From the NCBI GenBank assembly GCA_963796685.1, contig CAWCMR010000021.1, positions 1 through 64,000 of the forward strand: DNA of 64,000 nucleotides, written 5' to 3'. Below, piece after piece: positions 22,181 through 32,659 of the stretch. The number at the start of each line of letters is the position of its first letter. Positions within the stretch are counted from its first letter, which is position 1. The translations under genes were made by a program, and so were the position numbers. This DNA is from an uncultured delta proteobacterium. Its GTDB lineage: Bacteria; Myxococcota_A; Polyangia; Fen-1088. Below the pieces are notes generated by a model, which was given only the letters and a program-made list of their open reading frames with translations, searched no databases and was not told where the DNA came from.

Positions 22181-22840
22181 CTACTGGATGACCTTTGCCA
22201 GGCGAAGGAGGTCGCTGCCGAATCGTGCGCCCTCTTCTCGGGACGCGGGCAGGTTGACCTCGACCACCAGTCTTCCGGCGGTGGAGAACACACCAAGCGC
22301 GAGGCCGTCCATGACCTGCTCCTCTCGGCTTGCGATCGTCCTCACCTTGCGTTTCCGACTGATGCGCTTGATGTTCGCGATCTGGTCTTCCATACCGGGA
22401 CAAACGTAAAGGGCCACGATGCCTTGACCACCGACCGCATCCTCCAACCTTCGGGCGTCGGTGAAGGCAAGCTTCACCGAACGAAACGGCAACCCAAGGA
22501 TGCTGTAGCTCTCCAGCTTGGCAAACAGAGTGAACGATTCCGCCGCTTCCTTCTCGGAAACGGGATTTCCGGCTTTGTACAGCACGGCCAACACCACGGT
22601 TCCACCAGCCCGGCTCGTGAGATTCTCGTCATAGGCCAAAGCCCTGGCGATGGTCTTGACCTGGCGCGCTCGCACGAGCAGCTCGCCCGTAGTTTCCGCC
22701 GATACCGGGGAGCAGAGGAGCGCCCCCAGAATGGGAACACACCAGAGCGCTCCGCTCCGTCCAAGCTGGCTGCTGCGCCACCTATGGCGTGTCACGGCGA
22801 TTGCATCGAGGTTGTCCCCGAAAGAGTCGGAAGGTTTCAT
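22181..22840 (-). CDS. YfiR/HmsC-family (DUF4154) periplasmic protein
   Basis: C-terminal VEVNLPASREEGARFGSDLLRLAKVI; ALAYD motif; signal-like hydrophobic segment. Confidence 0.75.
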   Translation of the reverse strand: MKPSDSFGDNLDAIAVTRHRWRSSQLGRSGALWCVPILGALLCSPVSAETTGELLVRARQVKTIARALAYDENLTSRAGGTVVLAVLYKAGNPVSEKEAAESFTLFAKLESYSILGLPFRSVKLAFTDARRLEDAVGGQGIVALYVCPGMEDQIANIKRISRKRKVRTIASREEQVMDGLALGVFSTAGRLVVEVNLPASREEGARFGSDLLRLAKVIQ

Positions 22841-22947
22841 GCCGGGGTTGAGGCTCTTCCTGTCGTGGCAGGCGGGCCGGCTGCCTCAACCTTGCTGCCG
22901 GAGTCGCCGATACAGGAAGGAGCCCACCTGCCGGCTCGACAGCACCG

Positions 22948-25108
22948 ATGGCGAATGCGTTGATGTTCCAAAAATCTTGTGTTGCGGTTGGCGTCCTGGT
23001 CCTTGGCATCCTGGGTTCCCGGTACGCTCGGGCGCAGATCCAGGACGAGGAGGAACTGTCGCCCCCGACGCCCATGGAGATTACGGATCTGGACCTGGGC
23101 GATCTCCTGAGGACACCCGTGGTCGAGTCCGCGACCCGACGAAAGCAGTCTCTCTACGAGGCTCCCGGGGCCATCGATGTCTTCGAGGGCGACGAGCTCG
23201 TCAATTCCGGGCTGACCTCGATTGCCGAGATCCTCCGACGCGTCCCCGGAGCCTACGTGATGCAGGTCAGCGCCGGTCGTTTCAACGTGGGGTTGCGCGG
23301 GGTGAACGGGCTCTCCAATAACCGCGTTCTGGTCTTGGTGAATGGCCGCCGACTCAGCGAGCTCGACCACGGCTCGCCCTCGTGGCAAAATTTTCCGGTC
23401 CACGTCGGAGAAATCGAACGCATCGAGGTGCTGCGCGGACCCGGAACGACGCTCTATGGTTCCGACGGAATCAACGGGGTCATCAACATCACGACCAAGC
23501 GCCCGCTCGACCACCCTGGAATCGAAGGACTCTTCGCCGCCGGCGAGACCTGGCTTCCCGACCAACCGAACGACCTGCGCGGCGCACGGGTGGAGAATCT
23601 CGGCAACGGCTACGCCAGCTACGGACTCACGAGCAAATCCGGCAAGCTCGGGATTGGCCTGGTTGCCGGCTGGAATCACACCCCCGATTGGGCCGGCAGC
23701 GGTCCGGACGCCATTCAGTTGCACGGCGATTTCGGCTACCATGTCGGGGCGACGCTCGACTGGCGGCCCGAACCAGACACGAGCCTTTTGGTGGACTTCA
23801 GGCATGTCGAATCCGAGGGCCTGCGGGGTGCGGACGACACGCTGACCACGGAGCACATCTTCGACTACAGCAGCGAGCAAGCCCTGACCGTGGCCTATCG
23901 AAAGGGCGCGCTCCTTCCCAACCTCTCGCTGTCGATCAACGGCGACGCGCGGCGTTTGGTGGAGGCCACGAAGCTTTACGCGCAACCTTCCGGCTTCGAC
24001 TGGGCGGGCGCCCCGCCGCCGCAGACGATAGTCGTCGCCGAAGATCCGGAAAACTATCGCGCCCATCTCGTGACCCAGGCGGATGCCGCCCTTTGGGGCG
24101 GGCGTGAGGTCCTGTCGCTGGCGGCGGAATCCTCGTATCAGCGCACATTGCGACTCTTTGGCGGCACGGCATCGGAGCTCTATTACGCGGGCGTTCTTCA
24201 AAGCGAAACGGTGATTCTCCCCAGTCCACGCCTGCTCTTGAACCTCGGGCTGCGCGCCGAGCAGGTCGATCTGGACCTCGCCGGCAAGGGCCAAGTCCGC
24301 TACGGCAACTACAGTCCGCGCGCCTCCTTGATCGTGCGCTTGCGCAACACCCATACGCTGCGCATGACCTGGGCAACGGCCTACCGAACCCCGTCGATCT
24401 GGGAGGTCAGCGACCTGGAGTCGAACGTCAACAATTATCCGCCGCCCGTGCCGCCCAACTACATGATGGTCAGCAATCTCTCTCTCAAACCCGAGGAGGT
24501 ACAATCCTTCGAAGTTGGCTACCGCGGGCGCCCGTTGCGTTGGCTGCGCTTGGATGTCGCCGCTTATTACCAAGAGCTCAAACATTCCATCGAGTACCTC
24601 CAAGCCAGGTTGCCACTCATCTACGAGAACGGTCCAACGCGGCACCAGACCGGCGTGGAGCTGGGACTGATGGTTCGTCCCCTGTCCACGCTGGGTGCGC
24701 ACGCGTCGTATTCGATCATTCGCACCACCGAAGCGGGGAGCAGCACCGTCTTGCACGACTACCCGACCCATCTCGCACAAATCGGCGGGGAATGGAGCAA
24801 ATGGGGCGGCCATTTCACGCTGGATTTCAACTATGTCTCGAGCGCCGAGGTGACGCTGATGCAGGCCGATTCCAGCAGCATCGTCGGCAACACCCTGTAT
24901 AAGCCCGCGCAGACCCTGCTGAACCTGCGAGTAGGCAAGGATATTCTCGACGGCGCCGCCGAGATATTCATGTCGGGAACCAATACCCTCGCCTTCTTTC
25001 GGCAGCGGCAAGACTTGATACAGTTTCCATCGGCCGGCGCGGATCCCATCGGTGCGGTCATTCTGGCCGGTATCCGAGTGCGACGGGCCGCGGGAGGTAC
25101 GCCGTGCA
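22948..25108 (+). CDS. TonB-dependent receptor
   Basis: Plug domain SATRRKQSLYEAPGAI, LRRVPG, VLVLVNGR, IERIEVLRGPGTTLYG, GVINITTK; barrel with LKPEEVQSFEVGY. End inferred by removing one base at 25107. Confidence 0.85.
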
Positions 25109-25620
25109 GCTCTCGATGGAAACCACTTTGGGCGGCGTTCTTCGCGCTTTGCCTTTGCAGCTGCACGGACATCCCTCCCCCAACGGAGGGCGGCCGCATT
25201 CTGGGCAAAATCTCCTATCAGGGAGCGGCCCACCTGACCATGAAACGCCCTGCGATCAGGGTGATGGTCGTGGTGGATTTTCCTCCCAGCTCCGGCCCGC
25301 TTGGATTCCAGATCATCGAGCAGGGCGAACAACCGGACTTCCCCGCACAGGTCTCCTATGAGCTGAAGGGCATTGTCCCCTACCAATACAAGGTCGTGGC
25401 CCAGCTCATCGACTTGGGCGAACCCGATGCCGCCGCGACCCAGCTGCCCCTTGGGGGCTACCCCAATTTTTGCGCGTTGCTCGCCCCGGATCAGGGCTGG
25501 ATCGTGGTCAGCAAGGATGCACCTGTCACCGGGGTTGATTTCTCCCTATACGACAACGCCGGGACGGCCGATCCTTGCAACACATCGACCAGCGTTTGTC
25601 CAACGGCCGGATGCCAGTAG
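25104..25620 (+). CDS. Cys-rich lipoprotein, read as fused to the receptor through a probable extra C at 25107
   Basis: GGAGG at 25093-25097; deleting C25107 gives a GTGA stop/start overlap and VSSRWKPLWAAFFALCLCSC lipobox. Confidence 0.6.
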
Positions 25621-25640
25621 TCCGAGGCCTAAACCAGGGG

Positions 25641-25840
25641 CGGGTTCCTCATTTCAAGATCACCGAGTTCCCGGGTGCAGGGTAGACCAGCCAACAGATC
25701 ATCGAGGCGTTCCCTGAAGACTCCGCGCCCAGGTGTTCCGCGACCGCAACGGCATCGCCGGCGACCGGGATCCGTACGCACCTGTCTTGGGAGAGGGACG
25801 CTCCTTTGCGGTGGTCCGGATCCTGCACCCCACGGCGCCG
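25641..25840 (+). pseudogene. Degraded, internally deleted integrase-core (rve) transposase remnant
   Basis: Translates to HFKITEFPGAG*TSQQIIEAFPEDSAPR / FRDRNGI / RTHLSWERDAP. Confidence 0.6.
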
Positions 25841-25862
25841 ATCCCCGACCCGACTGCTCCTG

Positions 25863-26462
25863 CTAATCAGCATAGGTGCACGTAAATGGCAACACCTGTC
25901 CAGCCATGCAGGGCCACCGATGATTCGCCATCTTGGAGAGCCAATACTGGCGAGTAGCCGCATCTGTTATCCAAGTGTTGTCGATAATCAGGCCGTCTCC
26001 ATCGAAGACAATCTCGCCACTCCAGGTGCCGCCATCCTGCAATGGGGTACAGTAGCCCAGCCCAACAAAGCCGTTGGCAATTTCATTCCATAGTAATGGC
26101 CCGTCACAATCACACGAGGAATCGACAGAGCATACGGTTCCGCCGTCGATCCCATCCTCCCAATGGCCATTGACTTCACCTTGGGAAACTGCGTCCCCGG
26201 TAGATCCCCCGCCAGCGCCTCCGACACCGCTCGGGGATGTGAATCCCCCCACTCCCAAGTAGAAGCCGCCCACCCCCGATGCCTGTCTTTCGGCACCACC
26301 GCTTCCTAGGCTAGTATCCGCAGGTGTGCCCGCGTCAACCGTCTTATGTGTCCGACTTGGCCCTCCGCAGCAAACCAAAGCAATCGTGATCGCCAGCGAG
26401 AAATGCGAATGCTTGTCCTCTGGCCTATCCACTTGAATGTAGGCGCGATTGACATCGTTCAT
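25863..26462 (-). CDS. Hypothetical lipoprotein-like protein with Gly-rich linker and Cys-rich C-terminus
   Basis: Hydrophobic stretch ending LVCC, Gly linker, paired cysteines; start uncertain. Confidence 0.5.
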   Translation of the reverse strand: MNDVNRAYIQVDRPEDKHSHFSLAITIALVCCGGPSRTHKTVDAGTPADTSLGSGGAERQASGVGGFYLGVGGFTSPSGVGGAGGGSTGDAVSQGEVNGHWEDGIDGGTVCSVDSSCDCDGPLLWNEIANGFVGLGYCTPLQDGGTWSGEIVFDGDGLIIDNTWITDAATRQYWLSKMANHRWPCMAGQVLPFTCTYAD

Positions 26463-26715
26463 GGCTCAACCTGTCTGTTGATAACGCATTGGGACCTCTG
26501 GTCTGGGCTACAAGCCCGTGACCACCATAAGTTTACCACCATCTCGTCCAGCGTACAGCTGTCCTATCTGGATTGGTCGGGATGCCTCACCTCTGACGGC
26601 TAGGAACATGGTCGAGTAGCTCGTAGTGCGGGCTCAGCACTCAAGGCACAGCCTGCTGCGCGAGCCGGTCCACAACGTCAGGGATACGATCAGCAGACTG
26701 CACCGCTCGCGCTAG

Positions 26716-28197
26716 TCAATAGTAGCTGTTATTTTCGAACCAATGCTTCACATCTGCCTCGAAGTTGTCACCGTCCCGCATGGTTACACTATGACCAGAC
26801 TCATAGGCGCTAGGCATCGTAACGTCGACAAACAGACCACTCACGCCATCCATCGCCTGGTATGCAATTTCTAGTATACCTGGTAGGGAATAGGGACCGT
26901 GCGCTGTACTCATGTAGTTGCCACCACAGATGGCGCCAATCGGCTTTGGCTGCGGACACAGTAGCACATTGGGTATATACCCGCTGTTGAGAGCGTCGGC
27001 AATTGCTGGCGACCTGATAATCGCATCGTGCTTCGCCACGGTAATCAGAGTCGCGACCAGGCGGAACACATTGACGACAAAATCCCCTCCGATCTCAGCC
27101 GCGGCGGCCGAATTAGTCCAGTCTCGGGCGAGTGGTCCGGCTCCTGTACAGAACGGCCTGATGGCAGTGTAATCCTTCATGCAACCGTACAGATCGGAAA
27201 CCCTGGGATTAAGACTCACGAAATAATTGTCTCCAGAAACCAATGGGCCACCAAAGGCAGTTGTCCAGTCTGGGGTCGTGGGTAAGACTATGTCACCTCG
27301 GTCTCGCCCGAATGCCTGCGTTCTTTCGACTGCCTTCATCCACTGAATCGTACTAGCATCGACACCGAGCATTACGTTGAGTCCTGTCAAGGTGGTCAGA
27401 TTTCCACCGGCAAGACGTTCTAGGGCGTTAGACCAACCGAGACCATTAATCGTCGGTTTGTCGCAGTTGTAAATGTCGCACGTCGCCGGTACATTGGTCT
27501 GCTTGCCAGTGTTGGGATCTATTGTTTGGGTTGTCCAGGCAGTCCAACAATTTCCAGGGTTTCCCTTATCGGGATTGGTCGACGGGGAAAGGCAGCCTTG
27601 GGGTGGCCAGTTGCCGTTGTTTTCTGACTGGTATATCCCTGCGACAAGGGGCTCAATCAGAACCTGATGTCCAAAGGTGCCCCTTATCTGAAGAGCACTA
27701 GGCGTCGAGGTATGGAGGGCCGCAGGAAAATAGCTCATCAAGTCGCTGTACAATTGCGGATCCTGATACGCACCACCGCCGCCACTGGCCAGGGACGGAT
27801 AATTGTAAAGGTAGTGAAGCATCAGGCTGGCTCGCGTACCACCATAGCTCTCCCCGACCAGGATGACCCGATTGCCAACCAAGGCGGGATGGCGATGAAG
27901 GAATTGCAAAATTGCGCGCAGAAAGATCCCGGCATCTCTGTCGATGTCAAGCCCAGCGTCATTCTGGGCGCCGTCATGTGGCAACGGATAGGAAAATCCA
28001 GTGGCCGGCGCGTCAATGTAGAGCAAATTGGCAAACTCAGTCCAGCTATGTGGATTTGCGACCAAGGCTAACGAGGTAGCTGCACCCGTCGGATCGACCT
28101 GCTTCACTGGTCCGGTACCGAAACTGAAGAGGCCAGCGGAGGTCGCCCCCCCGGGTCCGCCATTGAATAGGACAGCGAGCGGCTTGGTCTTAGGCAT
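26716..28197 (-). pseudogene. C-terminal fragment (S10 serine carboxypeptidase domain) of an IS-interrupted gene
   Basis: PLAVLFNGGPG, NPHSW, NLLYIDAP.TGFSY, GESYGG, HDAII, SGHSV; reading frame joins across the two IS insertions. Confidence 0.85.
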
Positions 28198-28204
28198 GAC
28201 GTCT

Positions 28205-29771
28205 CGGTGTAGCTCTCATGCTGGCGTGAAAATCCGTGGGTTTCAAAGGCGGGCCGAGCGAATTGAAACGACGTCATTGAGGACGGTAATCGCGACTCGG
28301 TAGGTGGCGGCGAGCAGAGCCCAGGCTTGGTCGAATCGTTCGCTTTGCGCCCAGCCCCGTAGATTCAAGATGGCTTGGCCACCTTGCTTGCCCCAGCGCA
28401 TTCCACTTTGTTTCATTCTCTGCGTTACCAAGGTCTTGCATGCGGCTTCCATGACCCCGGTCCCGATGGGCAGACCTTGTGCCTTCATTTCCGCGTAACG
28501 CATGCGCTTCTGGTATTTTCGGAAATACGCCAATTCGGTTGGAATGTGTTTGCTGTGCGGGTGCTTTTCCCGAAGGTAGATCAGTGACCGAATCACCTTC
28601 TTGACCCCGCCTTCCTCTTCCAGCAGCACGTGCCGTAGGTCGTTGAATCGCCGTTGCGTTTCGACCGTGCCATCGCCGTAGGCAGAGGCCAAGGCCGTGT
28701 TCAGGTGTTCCGCTGCGTGGAAGAAATCCACCACCTCCGACCCCTTGGGCAATTCCTTGTGCAAGTACGTCCAATTGTCGTTTGCCCCGTCGGCGGCCTT
28801 CATCAGTTGCAGGTCGGGACGCAGCGACAACGCCATGTCCAATTCCGCCTTCAAGGCTTCCTTGAGCGACGCCTTGTGTGGCTCGGGCATTTTTGCCATG
28901 CGCACCGCCGCCAGAAGTCTTCCATTTCGGTCGCAAAAACCAAGCGTCGCGCATCCAACCTCGCGATAGCCAGCGGGGCCCTTCGCGATATGCCCGCGTG
29001 CGGCGGTCTCCGCACGCTTATCCGCCGCGCCTCCATCCTTCATGGGCGCCAGCACTCCGTCGAGACTCGCCATCACCGTGACCGCCTCCTCGGGGATGGT
29101 CATCCCTTCGCGCAAAACCTTCTCGAACTCCTTCCGGTCGTCATTCCACCGCTCGGCCAATCGCTTCGGCAGCCGGTCCAAGCTGCTTTTCGAGGGCGTC
29201 ATGTTGCCCACCCTCTTGAAAAGCTCCTCGCCGGTCTGCGGAGTCATTTGCGATACCACCCAGGTCGCCTGCTGGGCCGCCATCGGCGTCCAGAAGCCAT
29301 CGACCACCCCCACCTTCAAGTCCAGCGGCACGATGCAGGGTTCGTGGTCGTTGCTTCGGTCCTTGAAGAGCGCTCGCTCGACGGTTACTGGCCCGGCGGC
29401 GGTCATGTACGTTTGAGCCGCGCGCAAGACTCGCCGGTATCCGGTCCCCTCGACCACGATGGCATCCGCGTCCACGTCGGCACGCTCCAACTCTTCGGCC
29501 AACAAATCGCGCTCGACCTCCTGTAGCTGCTGGTGGAGACGCTTCTCGAATGTCTCGAAGGTCTCCTTGGGCCCCTTCTTTCGCATCCCCGCATCTTCCA
29601 AGATCGCTCGCAGTTTGGCGACCGACATTGGGGCCTTCTGTCCTTGGGTGTGTGCTTCGTTCCTGGCAACAACATTCAGGTGCATGGTATGTCTAAAACC
29701 TCTTTCGTTTCGCGGACATTCCCTCCCTTTGTGTTTCTTCGAGTTTTCACGTCAGGGTAAGATCAACACCC
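28205..29771 (-). mobile_element. ISKra4/ISLre2-like insertion sequence with 8-bp TSD TGACGTCT
   Basis: Imperfect 28-bp IRs CGGTGTAGCTCTCATGCTGGCGTGAAAA / GGGTGTTGATCTTACCCTGACGTGAAAA; TGACGTCT at 28197-28204 and 29772-29779. Confidence 0.85.
28243..29685 (-). CDS. DDE transposase, ISKra4/UPF0236-like
   Basis: SLDGV, ADGANDNW, VDFFHAAEHL, GLPIGTGVMEAACK..RMKQSGMRW. Confidence 0.85.
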   Translation of the reverse strand: MHLNVVARNEAHTQGQKAPMSVAKLRAILEDAGMRKKGPKETFETFEKRLHQQLQEVERDLLAEELERADVDADAIVVEGTGYRRVLRAAQTYMTAAGPVTVERALFKDRSNDHEPCIVPLDLKVGVVDGFWTPMAAQQATWVVSQMTPQTGEELFKRVGNMTPSKSSLDRLPKRLAERWNDDRKEFEKVLREGMTIPEEAVTVMASLDGVLAPMKDGGAADKRAETAARGHIAKGPAGYREVGCATLGFCDRNGRLLAAVRMAKMPEPHKASLKEALKAELDMALSLRPDLQLMKAADGANDNWTYLHKELPKGSEVVDFFHAAEHLNTALASAYGDGTVETQRRFNDLRHVLLEEEGGVKKVIRSLIYLREKHPHSKHIPTELAYFRKYQKRMRYAEMKAQGLPIGTGVMEAACKTLVTQRMKQSGMRWGKQGGQAILNLRGWAQSERFDQAWALLAATYRVAITVLNDVVSIRSARL

Positions 29772-29870
29772 TGACGTCTGCTGGCCGGAAAGAATACCAG
29801 ATTCGGTTATCAGGTGCGTTTCGCTGAACATTTTCGGCAATGTAGGGGCCACCCGAGATGGACAAAAATC

Positions 29871-31194
29871 GGCTCCTCGCTATTTGGAATGGATTGAATT
29901 GGGAAATGCACAGGGAAGTCTGAAGTCCAGTTTTGACAGCAGCAGATAAATCACAGTCTTCATTTTGCGCGCGGAGCGAAAGCCACGCGCCCGCGCCTTG
30001 GCCGCCTGGATGAGGCTGTTGAGTCCTTCCAAGAGACCATTCGTCAGGCCTGACATGAACCATCTCATCACGCCTGCCTGGTGCGCCTTGAGGGTCTTGG
30101 CGGCCCTGATGACGGGTTCCAATCGGCTATGGGTGGCCCAGAAATACCAGCGCTGAAACCACGCCTCCGCTTCATCCGCACTCAGGCTATACAACTCCTG
30201 TAGCATGAGCTTGATGTGGTAGGCCCGCGCAGTGGCCAATTTGGAGGAGCGCAAGACCGCGAAGTGCTCCCTGTTCTCGGATTTGATGTTGGCCTCGTTC
30301 CTCAGCCAGTCGTGGCGCGTGCCCTTCAACTCCGGAGAGGACTTCTGCTCCTGCCTTCGCACCTCATCGATTGCGTCGTTCATGAGTTGGATGACATGGA
30401 ACCTGTCGAAGGTTAGGTGCGCCGCCGGAAACGTCTCCAAGATGCCCTTGATGAATGCCTGCGACATGTCGAGACTGAAGTCCGTCACCTTCTTCACGTC
30501 TCCACCGTGAGCGAGCAGATCGTCCTTGAAACAAGCCACCGTGCCGTGATCTTTCCCCTCCGTGACGAACAAGACTTTCGCCGCAACCATGTCGGCAAAG
30601 ACCGTGACATAGACGTGGTTCTTCTGCCGCGAAGTCTCGTCGACGCCAACCTCGGCGACCTGGCTGTAGTCGGCTCGCTCACGGGCCTCGTCCACGTAGT
30701 GTTCCAGGATGCGCCACAGGAGCGTGTCATGCTCGCCGACGATGCGACCGACCGCCGCCACCGTGAGGCCGTTGCGTGCCAGTTCCACCACCATCGCCTC
30801 GAAGAGAAGGGTGAAGTTCGACCCGCCACGAGCCCATGGCACATCGACCGTCAAGACGCCGTGCTTGTCACACTTGGTTCGAGGTTGTCTTGCCTCGACA
30901 TAGGTGAGGTACTGGAAGAAGTTCAGGTGTCGCCATGTCTGCGGCGAGGCATCGTGTACCTTGCAAGCATCGCCACACGTAGGGCAAGGGAAGGTGCTCC
31001 CCGGCTTGAAGTCGACTTTGATGTCGAGGCGCTTCTTCTCGGCGTCAAGGTTCAGCTCTACGACCTCCCATGGATTGACCATGCCGAGAGCCACTGTAAA
31101 AAGCGCATTGACGTCAAGACCAGAACTTGGATTTTGCACCACGGAAGATTAGCGGAACAACCAACCTCGCGTCCATTTTAGACAGCGAGGAGCC
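29871..31194 (-). mobile_element. ISL3-family insertion sequence with 8-bp TSD CAAAAATC
   Basis: IRs GGCTCCTCGCTATTTGGAATGGA / GGCTCCTCGCTGTCTAAAATGGA; CAAAAATC at 29863-29870 and 31195-31202. Confidence 0.92.
29880..31142 (-). CDS. ISL3-family transposase
   Basis: CPTCG zinc finger, WRHLNFFQY, GVDETS, DMS, FDRFHV, TNGLLEGLNS, ARARGFR. Confidence 0.95.
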   Translation of the reverse strand: MVQNPSSGLDVNALFTVALGMVNPWEVVELNLDAEKKRLDIKVDFKPGSTFPCPTCGDACKVHDASPQTWRHLNFFQYLTYVEARQPRTKCDKHGVLTVDVPWARGGSNFTLLFEAMVVELARNGLTVAAVGRIVGEHDTLLWRILEHYVDEARERADYSQVAEVGVDETSRQKNHVYVTVFADMVAAKVLFVTEGKDHGTVACFKDDLLAHGGDVKKVTDFSLDMSQAFIKGILETFPAAHLTFDRFHVIQLMNDAIDEVRRQEQKSSPELKGTRHDWLRNEANIKSENREHFAVLRSSKLATARAYHIKLMLQELYSLSADEAEAWFQRWYFWATHSRLEPVIRAAKTLKAHQAGVMRWFMSGLTNGLLEGLNSLIQAAKARARGFRSARKMKTVIYLLLSKLDFRLPCAFPNSIHSK

Positions 31195-32418
31195 CAAAAA
31201 TCCCGCCTCCGGCCCAAGTGTTTCCGCACTTCCGGTGTCATCCAAGGTTGTGTCATTCGAGCAGGACCAGTCTTGGTCGAGACATAGGCATCCGCCGCAG
31301 CCAGGCATCCGAAATGGGTACGCGTAGAGCTCAGCACTAATGTTTGCAGACAACGCGACCACAGTGCCTGCGACAGAGCCCCATTTAAGGGTGGTCGCGG
31401 CCCAAGGAGCCAGGATCGACGCCGGAAACCCGGTCGATTGTATGGTCAGGGTTTTCGTGCCGTAGAAGTTCCAAAGCATATTGCGCAACCCCAGTTTCGC
31501 AGTGGGGTCAGTGAAGCTCGCGTCCTGGATCACCGCCCCATCCGAACCAACGTTGACGATCACGGTGGATCCCCGAGGCACGTCGAACGAGTAGGTGGTG
31601 GTCCCAGACATAAGGTTGCCGACGATGGAGAAGACATTTAGGTCAGGGTCCGTGCTTTTGAAGACAACCTTGTGGTTGTTGTTGCTGTCCCTTTTCGCGG
31701 AAGAGCCCGGCGTCGTTGGGTACTGATAAAGTGCAGCAGACATGTCCTGAAGGTTTGTCTGTGCAGTACCGAAGTTTATGGGGAATGTGAGTGGGTTGGG
31801 GTTCTCCTGGTAGAGGCGACCATTGGTATACGTGACACCGCTGTTTTGGGGATTGTACGTTCCGCCGTAGATGGCATTCCCATACACGGTTGCGTTGGAA
31901 ATATTGAGATCGCCCTGCGTGATCAGCGCGAGACCCTCTTGTTGGGTAGAATTAACATTGAAGCTGCTTGCTGTTATGGCGCCCTGCCCTGCGACTGGCC
32001 CCTGTACGTGTGCCAGGTTGCTCACAGTGCCGGCGACAGCGAAAACATTGAAGTCGCGTGGGTAGTACTGGTCATGGTCAGAGGGGGTGTCCACGACCGG
32101 CCCCTGTGTCCAGGCATATCGTCCGCAGACGTCCTGCTTTAGAATGTTGAAGGCGTAGGCCGAGCCTTTCTGGATGCACGCGAGATCCCACCTCCCTTGC
32201 CCGCTGGTGCGGTCACAGCAATAGCCGAAGTTGGACAGGGAGCAGACGTACTGAACGACCTGATTCACCTGTTGGACTGACGAGCTACTCGGATCCTTCG
32301 GGTCGCCTGGAATGCACCAGGAATGAGTTTCGTTGGCCATCGCAACAAGTGGTGCTGCGGCAACGACCAAGGGTAGCAAGGACAACAACCATGGGCGAAG
32401 TCTGATCGATAAGCGCAT
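31195..32418 (-). pseudogene. N-terminal fragment of the IS-interrupted gene: signal peptide, Cys-rich module, choice-of-anchor A (ice-binding-like) domain
   Basis: FNVF, VQGPVAGQG, STVIVNV, MLWNFYG, ASILAPWA motifs; frame broken at the ISL3 end. Confidence 0.75.
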
Positions 32419-32659
32419 TTTGCCTCCCGATTAGTTGAGTTACTTTCCACACCGCGGCAATGATGCGGGGCGTTTGCGTCAGTGTCAAGTGCTATTTTTG
32501 CAGTTGCCGCACACATAGCAATCTCTGCATGCAGAGGCGACGTCACATCAGACCGCCCACGATGAACTGTCAGGCTGACGGTTGCGCCGTCTATGCCTCT
32601 TCGATTTCTGCCTTCTATGCGAGCATGGTTTGGTATCGTTGGTCGGAGATGGGTGGTCC

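Noticed and set aside
22948-25620. TonB receptor with a C-terminal lipoprotein domain as a novel fusion
   Set aside because: Deleting one C (25107) restores a TGA stop, an overlapping GTG start, an RBS and a lipobox; two genes is more parsimonious.
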